DNA of 30,434 nt, taken from positions 1-30,434 of IMG/VR virus record IMGVR_UViG_3300017722_001674. The stretch is one strand, 5' to 3'. The translations under genes and the position numbers were made by a program. The number at the start of each line of letters is the position of its first letter. The first letter of the stretch is position 1. Positions 8,844 through 16,962 of the stretch are shown here, in pieces. A model generated the notes under the pieces. The model was not told where the DNA came from. It saw only the letters and a program-made list of their open reading frames with translations, and ran no database searches. Source of the stretch: a virus (taxonomy: Duplodnaviria > Caudoviricetes).

Positions 8844-8872
8844 TAATTAGCATTTAGTCGCCAGATTGTCTA
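8844..8872 (-). promoter_or_regulatory. Putative sigma70 promoter with extended -10
   Basis: Minus-strand TAGACA-N17-TAATTA, with TGn immediately before the -10 box. Overlaps the end of the Xis-like gene. Confidence 0.5.
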
Positions 8873-9033
8873 GCTTCCCATTGTTCAACGTCAATCAGGC
8901 GATAAAACACGGTTTTGCCAATCTTGATATGCGGCGGGCCGTAATTCAGGGATCGCCAGTTAGCAAGGGTGCGAACCGTTGGCGTTCCGTGATAACGCTC
9001 TGACAATTCTGCGGGCGTTAGAATATCGGTCAA
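8854..9033 (-). CDS. Excisionase/AlpA-like winged HTH protein (59 aa); not in ORF track
   Basis: Hand translation from a TTG start: MTDILTPAELSERYHGTPTVRTLANWRSLNYGPPHIKIGKTVFYRLIDVEQWEARQSGD. The TLANWR..GP...KIG..V.Y signature is typical of the family. Confidence 0.8.
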   Translation of the reverse strand: MTDILTPAELSERYHGTPTVRTLANWRSLNYGPPHIKIGKTVFYRLIDVEQWEARQSGD

Positions 9034-9788
9034 AACATCGCCTCCAGATCTTCGGCTGGTTCGTCTGTGACCTCAGCCTCAATAATCCGAACCGATCCGG
9101 CGGCAACGTCTTTCAGAAAATCCAGATGATCCTTACCGAGGCGGTTTTGCACGTCACGCGGCGTTGACTGCCACGCTTCCTTGAGGGCGTCTAAACCCTC
9201 TTTTGCGGCGGCGTTTAAGATCGCCTCATGGTCCGGTTCGTCAGGAATTACCACCGACGATTCTAGATTTAGCCGTTCGATAACGCTAGGACGCGGCGTC
9301 ACGTCACGAGGCTGGAGATCCTGCGCTTCTTCGATGACGAGCATCCCGCTAGTTGCGCCAGGGCAAACGGTGCGGACGCCTTCGGACACGACGCGGGATC
9401 TTAACATCTGGCGAGGGTACTTTTTCCACATCGGGTTATTAATCCCGGCCTTGGATGCGCGGGCCATATCCCATGAAATCCGAACCGTGCCGCCGCTGGG
9501 ATGCGAGAACGTCGCGTCTGCCTTGGTGTCGTCCAGACCGTGCCATTCGACCGCACCGCCGCTGGCGATGAAATCACGCAGCATGGATTCAGCCTTCTTA
9601 GCGGGCCGTCCGTTGATGATGTGGTAATCCTGCGCCGCGCTGGCCGGGTGGCGTCCCTCGGATTGCGCGATCAGGCACAGGGCGAGGGCTTCTTCTGGCG
9701 TCTTAACACCGAACAGTTTTGACGCGGAGAAGGCGCGGGCCATGCGTTCCAGATCGGGGATCTGGTGGGTGGTGGGTAAATTGGACAT
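9030..9788 (-). CDS. RecT/Red-beta-like single-strand annealing protein
   Basis: YHIINGRP and WKKYPRQMLRSRVVSEGVRTVCPG..G...EE motifs. Co-oriented downstream of a RecE-like nuclease. Confidence 0.75.
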   Translation of the reverse strand: MSNLPTTHQIPDLERMARAFSASKLFGVKTPEEALALCLIAQSEGRHPASAAQDYHIINGRPAKKAESMLRDFIASGGAVEWHGLDDTKADATFSHPSGGTVRISWDMARASKAGINNPMWKKYPRQMLRSRVVSEGVRTVCPGATSGMLVIEEAQDLQPRDVTPRPSVIERLNLESSVVIPDEPDHEAILNAAAKEGLDALKEAWQSTPRDVQNRLGKDHLDFLKDVAAGSVRIIEAEVTDEPAEDLEAMF

Positions 9789-9982
9789 TAAATCCCTCTC
9801 AGAATTCGGGTGATAAACGAAGGCTTCGGCGTCTCAGCCATGCGGTCAAACGAGGTGTCGCGCTGGACGATTCCAAAACGGGTTTGGAAAAACACGGCGG
9901 ATTTCTCGACGCCAAGACAGCGACCGATCATCCCCGTGTTCGCAAACGTGAAGACGTAATATTTACCAATTTCAGGCTGCAT
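9788..9982 (-). CDS. Hypothetical protein (64 aa)
   Basis: Start moved to MQPEIGKYY, preceded by a GGGGGG RBS. TAATG coupling at both ends. Confidence 0.6.
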   Translation of the reverse strand: MQPEIGKYYVFTFANTGMIGRCLGVEKSAVFFQTRFGIVQRDTSFDRMAETPKPSFITRILRGI

Positions 9983-10182
9983 TATTTCCCCCCCAAATTG
10001 TCGCGCCAATCGGCCAGTGTGTCTAGAATTATGATGATCAATACAAACGGCCAAAGCCAACCAAACAGCAACACTATAGGCCAAACAAAAGCGTCTGCAT
10101 CATCACGATTGCCATTAACAATTATGCTAGCGATAATTAGCAATACCCACCCGGTTATCCAAACAACTAAAAATTCCATCAC
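9982..10182 (-). CDS. Small membrane protein (2 TM)
   Basis: Two hydrophobic stretches. Translationally coupled within the operon. Confidence 0.6.
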   Translation of the reverse strand: MMEFLVVWITGWVLLIIASIIVNGNRDDADAFVWPIVLLFGWLWPFVLIIIILDTLADWRDNLGGK

Positions 10183-11006
10183 TGATCCCCCTTCTTAGCC
10201 CAGCGCGGCAACCCCAGTGGCTGCAACGTCGCCGCGTATCCCGGCCATTTATCCTTATTGAGGCAGTCGGCATACAGCCGCAACGCCTTACGATACTCAG
10301 CACGACCGGCTTCGATCATTTCGCCGTCTGCGAAATAGTATGCGCTCGCCCAAGGTGCGGTTTTCTCGTGAGCGAGAAACATAAACGCTTCGGGCTGTTC
10401 GTCCCATGCCGCAGCCATGCCGTCCATATAAAACGCGGCTTGAATATGATACTGCCAGTTATAAGCCGATTTCATAAACGCTTCGGCGCTGGCGTCTTCG
10501 GTTGACTTCACGTCAAGGATTGCGCCCGGCATAAGCCAATCGGGTCGGCACCTACACAGGACCTCAGTTTCAGGGTCGATCCAGAACACAGACTGTTCCG
10601 CCTTGCCTTCAGCGAAAATCACTTGTGCCAAGGGGTGATCGCGGCATGAACGCTGGACCTTCAGGGCCGCTGCGTAATCGTCCGAGCTAATCAGAGTGGC
10701 GTTCTGTTCGGCTGCGATTCCGAGGGCGGTTTCGTATAACAGCTTACCTTCCTTGGTCCGGCGATCAACGTCGGGCGCAGGATAGAAACGCTCGCCAAAC
10801 GTATCAGGCTCAAGAACCGCCGCGTGAATAGCGGTGCCAAGGATCATAGCTGGCGTTGTCTTACGCGGCTCGCGCTTCGGGTCGAGATAGGCTGACCAAT
10901 AGTGAAGAGGCGAACGTTCCGCGATTAGCTTCAAGCCGCTGGCGCTAATGCCGGGGCCTGCGTGATAGTTCTCATTGAGAATATCGGGATAGATTCCGGG
11001 TTTCAT
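10179..11006 (-). CDS. PD-(D/E)XK exonuclease VIII / RecE-like (DUF3799-type)
   Basis: YHAGPGISASGLK, GTAIHAAVLEP, CRCRPDW, DVKST and YHIQAAFY motifs. Start moved to MKPGIY, after a GGAGGG RBS. Confidence 0.88.
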   Translation of the reverse strand: MKPGIYPDILNENYHAGPGISASGLKLIAERSPLHYWSAYLDPKREPRKTTPAMILGTAIHAAVLEPDTFGERFYPAPDVDRRTKEGKLLYETALGIAAEQNATLISSDDYAAALKVQRSCRDHPLAQVIFAEGKAEQSVFWIDPETEVLCRCRPDWLMPGAILDVKSTEDASAEAFMKSAYNWQYHIQAAFYMDGMAAAWDEQPEAFMFLAHEKTAPWASAYYFADGEMIEAGRAEYRKALRLYADCLNKDKWPGYAATLQPLGLPRWAKKGDQ

Positions 11007-11030
11007 GTTTTGTCCCTCCAAGACCCCTAT

Positions 11031-11059
11031 TGAATACCGCCGCGTCCCGTGGGTGTCAA
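11031..11059 (-). promoter_or_regulatory. Leftward sigma70 promoter for the recombination operon
   Basis: Minus-strand TTGACA-N17-TATTCA. Confidence 0.7.
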
Positions 11060-11066
11060 ATACAAC

Positions 11067-11094
11067 TTGCAAAATAATTTCGGGCGGGTAGTTT
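11067..11094 (+). promoter_or_regulatory. Possible rightward promoter, back-to-back with the leftward one
   Basis: TTGCAA-N16-TAGTTT upstream of the helicase RBS GGGAGG. Confidence 0.4.
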
Positions 11095-11116
11095 GGGGGG
11101 ACACTGGGAGGTGGAA

Positions 11117-12496
11117 ATGACATTCAAACTGCGAGACTACCAAACCGACCTAATCAACCAGGCGCGAACCGCCATCGCCGGAAAACAAAACACGGTTCTA
11201 ATGGTTGCACCGACCGGAGCCGGTAAGACTGCGCTTGCGGCTTACATGCTTGGCACCGCCGCAGCGAGGGGAAACCGTGCTTGGTTTATCGTCCATCGCC
11301 GGGAACTGATCACGCAATCATCCCGCACGTTTGAGAAAGTCGGTATCCCCCACGGGATCATTGGCGCAGGGTTTACGCCAGATCGACGCGCACCGGTCCA
11401 GATCGCGGGAATCCAGACGCTGAAAAACCGGCTGGCCCAGACCGAACCGCCATCGCTGATCATCTGGGATGAGTGCCATCACGTCGCTTCTAAGTCTTGG
11501 TCTGACGTATTCTCAGCGTTTCCAGATGTGGTCCATATCGGGCTTACGGCCACGCCCTGCCGCATGGACGGGCGCGGGCTGGGTGAGTGGTTTGATACGA
11601 TGGTAGAAGGCCCCACGACCGCCTGGCTAATCGAAAACGGGTTTCTGTCGCCGTTTAAATTCTATGCGCCGTCGTCGCCGGATATGACGGGTATCGGCAC
11701 CGTTGCGGGCGATTATGATAACAAAACCCTGTCGCGGGAAATGGACCGGCCATCGCTCACGGGTGACGTAATCGGGCATTATCAACGGCTTTGTAACGGC
11801 AAACGCGCCATCGTATTCGCAACGAATATCCAGCACAGCCAAAACGTCGTGGGCCAATTTCGGGCGGCAGGCTATCGGGCCGAACACCTTGACGGCAAGA
11901 CGGATCGGGTGCGGCGTGACGCTGTACTGCGAGATTTTGAGGCGGGCCGCGTTTCGATTATTTCGAATGTCGATCTGTTTGGCGAGGGTTTCGACGTCCC
12001 GGCTATTGAGGCGGTGATTCTACTCAGACCGACGCAATCTACCGGGCTGTATCTGCAACAGGTCGGGCGGGCGCTGCGGACGTCTGAGGGTAAAACCCAT
12101 GCGGTGATTCTGGACCACGCGGGCAACGGTCTTCGGCACGGTCTGCCGAATATGATCAGGGACTGGAGCCTAGACGCACCGGCACGAGCCAAACGGTCGA
12201 AACAGTCTGACGTGCTGCCAATTAAACAGTGCATGAGTTGTTACGCGGTCCATGCACCGGCCCCAGCTTGCCCAGAGTGCGGCCACGTTTACGTCACCGA
12301 TGCGCGTAAGATCGAACACGCTGAAGGAGAATTGGTTGAGGTCTCAGCCGATATTGTGCTAAAACAGAAAAAGAGGGAGCAGGCTTCGGCTAAAACAATT
12401 GATGATTTAATCGCGCTTGGTCGATCACGGGGACATAAAAACCCTGAAGGCTGGGCTAAACACGTTCACAGAGCGAGGATGATGAAACATGGCTAA
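11117..12496 (+). CDS. SF2 DExH helicase with C-terminal Zn ribbon (RadD/UvsW-like)
   Basis: LRDYQ, APTGAGKT, DECHH, TAT, EGFDVP, QQVGRALR and CMSC..CPECG motifs. Start at MTFKLRDYQ. Confidence 0.92.
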   Translation: MTFKLRDYQTDLINQARTAIAGKQNTVLMVAPTGAGKTALAAYMLGTAAARGNRAWFIVHRRELITQSSRTFEKVGIPHGIIGAGFTPDRRAPVQIAGIQTLKNRLAQTEPPSLIIWDECHHVASKSWSDVFSAFPDVVHIGLTATPCRMDGRGLGEWFDTMVEGPTTAWLIENGFLSPFKFYAPSSPDMTGIGTVAGDYDNKTLSREMDRPSLTGDVIGHYQRLCNGKRAIVFATNIQHSQNVVGQFRAAGYRAEHLDGKTDRVRRDAVLRDFEAGRVSIISNVDLFGEGFDVPAIEAVILLRPTQSTGLYLQQVGRALRTSEGKTHAVILDHAGNGLRHGLPNMIRDWSLDAPARAKRSKQSDVLPIKQCMSCYAVHAPAPACPECGHVYVTDARKIEHAEGELVEVSADIVLKQKKREQASAKTIDDLIALGRSRGHKNPEGWAKHVHRARMMKHG

Positions 12497-12761
12497 ACTA
12501 TATGACGTCGCGGTGAAGACTGGATCTTATACCGACAAGTCCGGCGCGACTAAGGGCCGCTACGAAAATATCGGCGTGATGATGGAGGGCGACAATGGTC
12601 CCTACCTGATGCTAAAGCGCACGTTTAATCCGGCGGGCGTTCCAGGTAATGCGGACCGGGATAATATTATCTGCTCGCTGTTTAAGCCCAGCAATGATCA
12701 AGCGTCACGTCCGGCACGGGCGGCGGTTAACACCACGCTCGACGACGAGATTCCATTCTAA
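12489..12761 (+). CDS. Putative ssDNA-binding protein with SSB-like acidic tail
   Basis: Beta-rich core and a C-terminal LDDEIPF. Lies in the replication operon. Confidence 0.6.
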   Translation: MAKLYDVAVKTGSYTDKSGATKGRYENIGVMMEGDNGPYLMLKRTFNPAGVPGNADRDNIICSLFKPSNDQASRPARAAVNTTLDDEIPF

Positions 12762-13000
12762 TGTCCGCGTTTGCAGATCAGGAAGGCGGGGACCATTACA
12801 AGTCCCTGCCGATCCAGCCGATGGAATACGGCATGGCGAACGGTCTAGATCCGTTGCAGTTTTCGATTCTAAAATACGTTACGCGGTTTTGAAAAAAGAA
12901 CGGACTGGGCGACCTCCTGAAAGCCAAGCATTGCTTAGAAATGCTGATTGAATGGGAATTAAAATGTCCGAACACGCCATCCAAAACGAAATCCGTCTAG
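12761..13000 (+). pseudogene. DUF3310 (SaV-like) gene interrupted by an in-frame TGA at 12890-12892
   Basis: Hand translation MSAFADQEGGDHYKSLPIQPMEYGMANGLDPLQFSILKYVTRF*KKNGLGDLLKAKHCLEMLIEWE. Family motifs are intact on both sides of the stop. Confidence 0.8.
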
Positions 13001-13344
13001 GGATTTCTGGCAAGGCCACGATGTTTAGAAACAACGTTGGCACTGCTTGGACGGGTGACGCGACGACACTTAAAGACGGATCAATTTTGATCCGTAACCC
13101 TCGCATTTTACACGCGGGTCTATGTGCGGGATCGTCAGACCTGATCGGCTGGCGGTCCCTCACGATTACCCCCGAAATGGTGGGCGAGCGTGTTGCGGTT
13201 TTCGCGGCGCTAGAGGTTAAATCCAAAACAGGCCGAGCGACGGCGGGGCAGAAGAATTTCTGTGATCGCGTGATCCAAGCTGGCGGATTGGCCGGAATCG
13301 TAAAATCTTTGGATGATGCGAAAAAGGCACTTGCAATAGACTGA
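12964..13344 (+). CDS. VRR-NUC domain nuclease (Holliday-junction resolvase-like)
   Basis: MSEHAIQNEI, FRNNVG, GSSDLIG, ALEVK..TGR...Q..F and GGLAGI motifs. Confidence 0.85.
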   Translation: MSEHAIQNEIRLGISGKATMFRNNVGTAWTGDATTLKDGSILIRNPRILHAGLCAGSSDLIGWRSLTITPEMVGERVAVFAALEVKSKTGRATAGQKNFCDRVIQAGGLAGIVKSLDDAKKALAID

Positions 13345-13359
13345 TAAATTTTTCATATT
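13331..13359 (+). promoter_or_regulatory. Putative sigma70 promoter for the small-gene array
   Basis: TTGCAA-N17-CATATT, followed by the RBS GGAGG. Confidence 0.5.
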
Positions 13360-13394
13360 CTCGGAGCGCGGAGGGCGCATTTGGAGGATCTGAA

Positions 13395-13721
13395 ATGACA
13401 GACGTTAAGCACACGCCGGGGCCTTGGTATATTAACCAAAAATATTGCATTGGCCCCAGACCTAGAGCCGACGATCAATCGGACGGAATGTTTCGCCCGC
13501 TAGCAGACGTTTACGGCGTTAATCGAGACGCCAACGCCCGCCTGATCGCCGCCGCGCCTGATTTGCTGGACGCGCTATCGGTTTTGCTCAACGTCTATTC
13601 AGGGCCTGACCGCGCCCTTTGTTGCGATGGGCGAGATTGCACGTGCATGGGGTCCACACGCTATCAGGAAGCCGAGCACTACGCCCGCGCCGCCATCGCC
13701 AAAGCCGAGGGCCGGTCATGA
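13395..13721 (+). CDS. Conserved phage early protein (HTPGPW...NARLIAAAPDLL family)
   Basis: Recognisable KHTPGPW, ANARLIAAAPDLLDAL and ARAAIAKAEG motifs. Confidence 0.75.
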   Translation: MTDVKHTPGPWYINQKYCIGPRPRADDQSDGMFRPLADVYGVNRDANARLIAAAPDLLDALSVLLNVYSGPDRALCCDGRDCTCMGSTRYQEAEHYARAAIAKAEGRS

Positions 13722-14188
13722 CAGGCAACCAATACCTAGGCGTAAAAATCCCACTCCCTGCGGACTGGGCCACGGTCGCGCCGACCAAAATCCGTAAGGA
13801 TATTTATACCCATTACGGGATATCAAAAACCGTCGTTGATCGCTGGGTTAAGGAAACCGGCGTTCATCCTATGGGCCGTTATGATCGGCTGCAAACCGTT
13901 AAAAAGCGGCCATCGACGAGCAAAACCGTTTACCGCCACGTCTGGCAACCAAACGTCAGCCGAGCCGTTGACTGGTCTAACGCGGGCAAAGCATCCGAAT
14001 ATCTGCGCCGGTTTTTCGCAAACGTGCATCGCTGCGACATTCAATTGTTTATCGGCAAGAGCGGCACTTGGGGCGACCAACGTGGCCTGGCGAACCACGG
14101 CAAGGGTTTTTGGAACGTTGACGGCAAGGGAATTTTAAACGCTGAACAGGTTGTCTGTTTGGCTCAGGAGAAGGGGTTTTCGGTATGA
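13718..14188 (+). CDS. Hypothetical basic protein, possible HTH
   Basis: Start moved to MTGNQY (ATGA overlap). HYGISKTVVDRW is HTH-like. Confidence 0.6.
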   Translation: MTGNQYLGVKIPLPADWATVAPTKIRKDIYTHYGISKTVVDRWVKETGVHPMGRYDRLQTVKKRPSTSKTVYRHVWQPNVSRAVDWSNAGKASEYLRRFFANVHRCDIQLFIGKSGTWGDQRGLANHGKGFWNVDGKGILNAEQVVCLAQEKGFSV

Positions 14189-14568
14189 CTAATGAGGAAC
14201 GCAACGCACTGATCGCGCAGGGCTGGACGCCGCCGCCAGAGCCGGTTGATCCTGATTTGTCTGATCCTGATTGGGTGAATGCTCAAAAGATTTGCGACGG
14301 TATTGTGCCTGACGAATTTTATGGGCTGGCTAGCGAGCTTGTTTATGACGGCATCAAACGAGGCCGCGCCCTCGCAGCCGAGGCCAAGCCGGGGATGGTT
14401 TGGAAGGAGCATGACGGTTCGGAAAAGCGCCCTGTGGATACCACTGACGGGGTAATGGTTCAATATGCTGGCGGAACCCGCGCTTACAAAATTATGGCAT
14501 ATCTAATCCATGATTGGGAAAGCGTCACCCACTACTGCGAAATCCCCCAGCCGGAGGACGCGGCATGA
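14185..14568 (+). CDS. Hypothetical protein
   Basis: ATGA overlaps at both ends. Confidence 0.65.
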   Translation: MTNEERNALIAQGWTPPPEPVDPDLSDPDWVNAQKICDGIVPDEFYGLASELVYDGIKRGRALAAEAKPGMVWKEHDGSEKRPVDTTDGVMVQYAGGTRAYKIMAYLIHDWESVTHYCEIPQPEDAA

Positions 14569-15065
14569 CCCACCGCACCGACAAAGATTACGCCATCGAG
14601 CACTTTGGCTATTTGGCCGACGCCGCCGATCATCTGATCGTCACCTTTGCCACATCCGACCATCCAGATGATCGCGCGGACGCCTTTCAAGGCTTAGAGA
14701 GCGCCCTACACGGATTTAGAAAACGGGCCAAACGGGCCGGTCTCCCCGTGACCGCCCTACAGCCCAAGGAGGACGCGGCATGAGCGAGAAGGCCATTAAG
14801 GAATTACAGCAGAAATGGGAGCATTTGGCCGCTACCAGTCTTGAGTTGGCTTCTAAAATTGGCGACCGCGACGCCACCATCGCGTACCAGGCGGCGCAGA
14901 TCGAGCGGCTGATCAATGCCGTTCAAAACTGGCTGGCCGCGATTGACGAATATCGCGCTTTTCTGAAAAGGGGTGAAGACGTAAATTCAGCCACGGGGGT
15001 TCAATACGCTATCGCGTTGGATTTTAGAGAGGCTGACCTCCGCGCCGCCCTACAGCCCAAGGAGG
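14553..15065 (+). repeat. Shared gene-junction repeats
   Basis: GGAGGACGCGGCATGA at 14553-14568 and 14768-14783. CCGCCCTACAGCCCAAGGAGG at 14752-14772 and 15045-15065. Confidence 0.85.
14565..14783 (+). CDS. Hypothetical protein (72 aa)
   Basis: Start moved to MTHRTDK after a GGAGG RBS. ATGA overlaps. Confidence 0.65.
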   Translation: MTHRTDKDYAIEHFGYLADAADHLIVTFATSDHPDDRADAFQGLESALHGFRKRAKRAGLPVTALQPKEDAA

Positions 15066-15073
15066 GGGAGTGA
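14780..15073 (+). CDS. Hypothetical coiled-coil protein
   Basis: GGAGG RBS and overlapping start/stop codons. Confidence 0.65.
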   Translation: MSEKAIKELQQKWEHLAATSLELASKIGDRDATIAYQAAQIERLINAVQNWLAAIDEYRAFLKRGEDVNSATGVQYAIALDFREADLRAALQPKEGE

Positions 15074-15252
15074 TGGAAAGGATGTATTTTAGAAATCCCG
15101 TAATGCTGCGCGAGGATCGGAAACGAGAATTAGAATTGTGTGCGGAAATCGCCACCAAAAACGCGCGGATTGCAGAATTAGAAAACGCCATAACTGAAAT
15201 GTACGAAACCGTTAAACGCTATGCAGCCTCACACGGAGTAACGCCACAATGA
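15070..15252 (+). CDS. Hypothetical coiled-coil protein (60 aa)
   Basis: Coupled to both neighbours. Contains ARIAELE. Confidence 0.6.
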   Translation: MMERMYFRNPVMLREDRKRELELCAEIATKNARIAELENAITEMYETVKRYAASHGVTPQ

Positions 15253-15737
15253 CCTACCTTCTTCTAATCCCAATCTTCGCAATCCTAGACCGCTGGTGCG
15301 GTGGAGGCATGGGCTGGCGCTCGACGTTTCGAGGCAGGCCGATCTATTACGTCCTGCCGCTGATCCCGGTCGCGTGGCTGATTGACTGGCGTTTGGGCGT
15401 GATCCTGACAGCCTGGTGTGTCTGGCGCGAACCGGCATGGAAACTGTTCGGCGGGTCGCTTGCACCGATCACCGACGCAGAGATCAACGGCACAATTCGT
15501 CGGCACTGCCTGATTTTTCCGGCGATTCTGGTCTGTATCGGTTCGCCGCTGATCGTGTGGGCGCTCGCGTTTGTCGCACTCAGCGTCTGGGTTTTCGCAG
15601 CCACGTTTCTCGCGGTCTATAACGGCGCATGTTCCGAGCGGGGCCGTGACGTCAACGATAAGGTTGAAACTTATCGCGGCGCATGTTTTGGATTCGTAGC
15701 TTGGGCTATCATTATGATTCAGGGGAATTTTGCATGA
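15249..15737 (+). CDS. Multi-pass membrane protein
   Basis: Several hydrophobic, Trp-rich segments. ATGA overlaps. Confidence 0.65.
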   Translation: MTYLLLIPIFAILDRWCGGGMGWRSTFRGRPIYYVLPLIPVAWLIDWRLGVILTAWCVWREPAWKLFGGSLAPITDAEINGTIRRHCLIFPAILVCIGSPLIVWALAFVALSVWVFAATFLAVYNGACSERGRDVNDKVETYRGACFGFVAWAIIMIQGNFA

Positions 15738-16207
15738 ACATGGAAATATTGTTTAAAAAAGTCACAGATATCGTCTTTCCAACATCACAGCAAAACAACA
15801 CAAGGATTCAAAACTGTTTTCGGAATGCTAACATTATTTGCGTTGGCGATATATTGTCAAAAACAATGCAAGAATATTTAGAAATGAACCAAATGGGCAA
15901 AAAGTGCATTGCCGCAATAAATCAGTATCTATCAGATTATTATTTAACTATTGGCATGAAGTTAACAAACTGGCCCATTAACCGGAGTGAATCCATGACC
16001 GACCAACAACAATGGGACGCCGCCGCCACAGAGGCCGGGTATCTGCCCGTCTCTGACTATGTGGAGCAATGGAAAACCGCGAGGGCCGTTTACGACGCGG
16101 CGCGGGAAGCGAATATTCAGGCTATGGACGCGCTCGAACAAGCCACCATTGCGTATCATGACAGTGTAAACCGATGGTTGACGCGGATCGGCGGGAATCG
16201 GCCATGA
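15734..16207 (+). CDS. RNA polymerase alpha-CTD-like domain fused to a small helical domain
   Basis: LFKKVTDI..TRIQNCFRNANIICVGDILSKT..EYLEMNQMGKKCIAAINQYLSDYYLTIGMKLTNWP aligns by eye with the RpoA CTD pattern (R..NCL...NI..IGDL....E.L...N.G.KSL.EI...L...GL.LGM...NWP). Confidence 0.72.
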   Translation: MNMEILFKKVTDIVFPTSQQNNTRIQNCFRNANIICVGDILSKTMQEYLEMNQMGKKCIAAINQYLSDYYLTIGMKLTNWPINRSESMTDQQQWDAAATEAGYLPVSDYVEQWKTARAVYDAAREANIQAMDALEQATIAYHDSVNRWLTRIGGNRP

Positions 16208-16962
16208 CGCAACCCGTTATAGCAGTCTGGTTCTCTTGTGGTGCCGCCAGCGCAGTCGCCGCTAAGCTGACATTGGACAAGTACCGCGATAATCACACGG
16301 TGCGAATCTTGAACAATCCAATCTTGGAAGAGGGCGAAGACAATCAGCGGTTCTTGCGTGACGTGTCTGCTTGGCTTAACTGGCCTATTGAACACGTTAT
16401 TAACCCAAAATATCCATTGTGTAGCACGGCTGACGTTTTCGAACGTAATAAAGCAATGGTGTTTCCTCACGGCGCACCATGCACTCGCATTCTAAAAAAA
16501 GAGGCTCGCCAAATCTGGGAAAAATCTAATCACGTTGACTGGCTTGTTTTGGGTTTCACTGCTGAAGAACAGGGTAGGCACGACCGCTTTAAGCTAACAG
16601 AACGCAGCAACCTATTGCCGGTCCTGATTGACGCGGGCATGACTAAACAGGATTGTTTAGACTATCTTGTTCGTGCTGAAATCGCATTGCCAGACAGTTA
16701 TGCCAAGGGGTTCCCCAATGCCAATTGCACCAAGCGGGGATGCGTCAAGGCTACGTCGCCAACCTATTGGAACCATCTGCGCATGGTCGAACCTGAAGGC
16801 CACGCGGCAACGTGTGAGCAATCCCGTCGCTTAGGTGCGCGGTTGGTGCGCTACAAGGGCCAACGGATTTTCTTGGATGAACTGCCGCATGACGCTAAGG
16901 GTCGCGCTCTGGCGTCTCTAAAAACCCCTGACTGCGGTATATTCTGTGAGGAAAAACCATGA
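16204..16962 (+). CDS. PAPS-reductase-like / PP-loop adenine-nucleotide alpha-hydrolase family protein
   Basis: VWFSCGAASAVAA PP-loop variant, APCTRILKK, LGFTAEE..R, and Cys clusters NANC...CVK and CGIFCE. Start at MTQPVIAVW. Confidence 0.75.
   Translation: MTQPVIAVWFSCGAASAVAAKLTLDKYRDNHTVRILNNPILEEGEDNQRFLRDVSAWLNWPIEHVINPKYPLCSTADVFERNKAMVFPHGAPCTRILKKEARQIWEKSNHVDWLVLGFTAEEQGRHDRFKLTERSNLLPVLIDAGMTKQDCLDYLVRAEIALPDSYAKGFPNANCTKRGCVKATSPTYWNHLRMVEPEGHAATCEQSRRLGARLVRYKGQRIFLDELPHDAKGRALASLKTPDCGIFCEEKP

Noticed and set aside
9719-10198. Plus-strand 159-aa ORF and the many other antisense or alternate-frame ORFs in the track
   Set aside because: They are shadows of well-supported genes, with no RBS or recognisable motifs.
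12890-12892. Genome-wide TGA recoding
   Set aside because: Many genes end in TGA with ATGA overlaps, and no other interrupted gene was seen.
14553-15065. CRISPR array or integron attC sites
   Set aside because: The repeats are coding, non-palindromic, separated by whole genes, and only pairwise identical.
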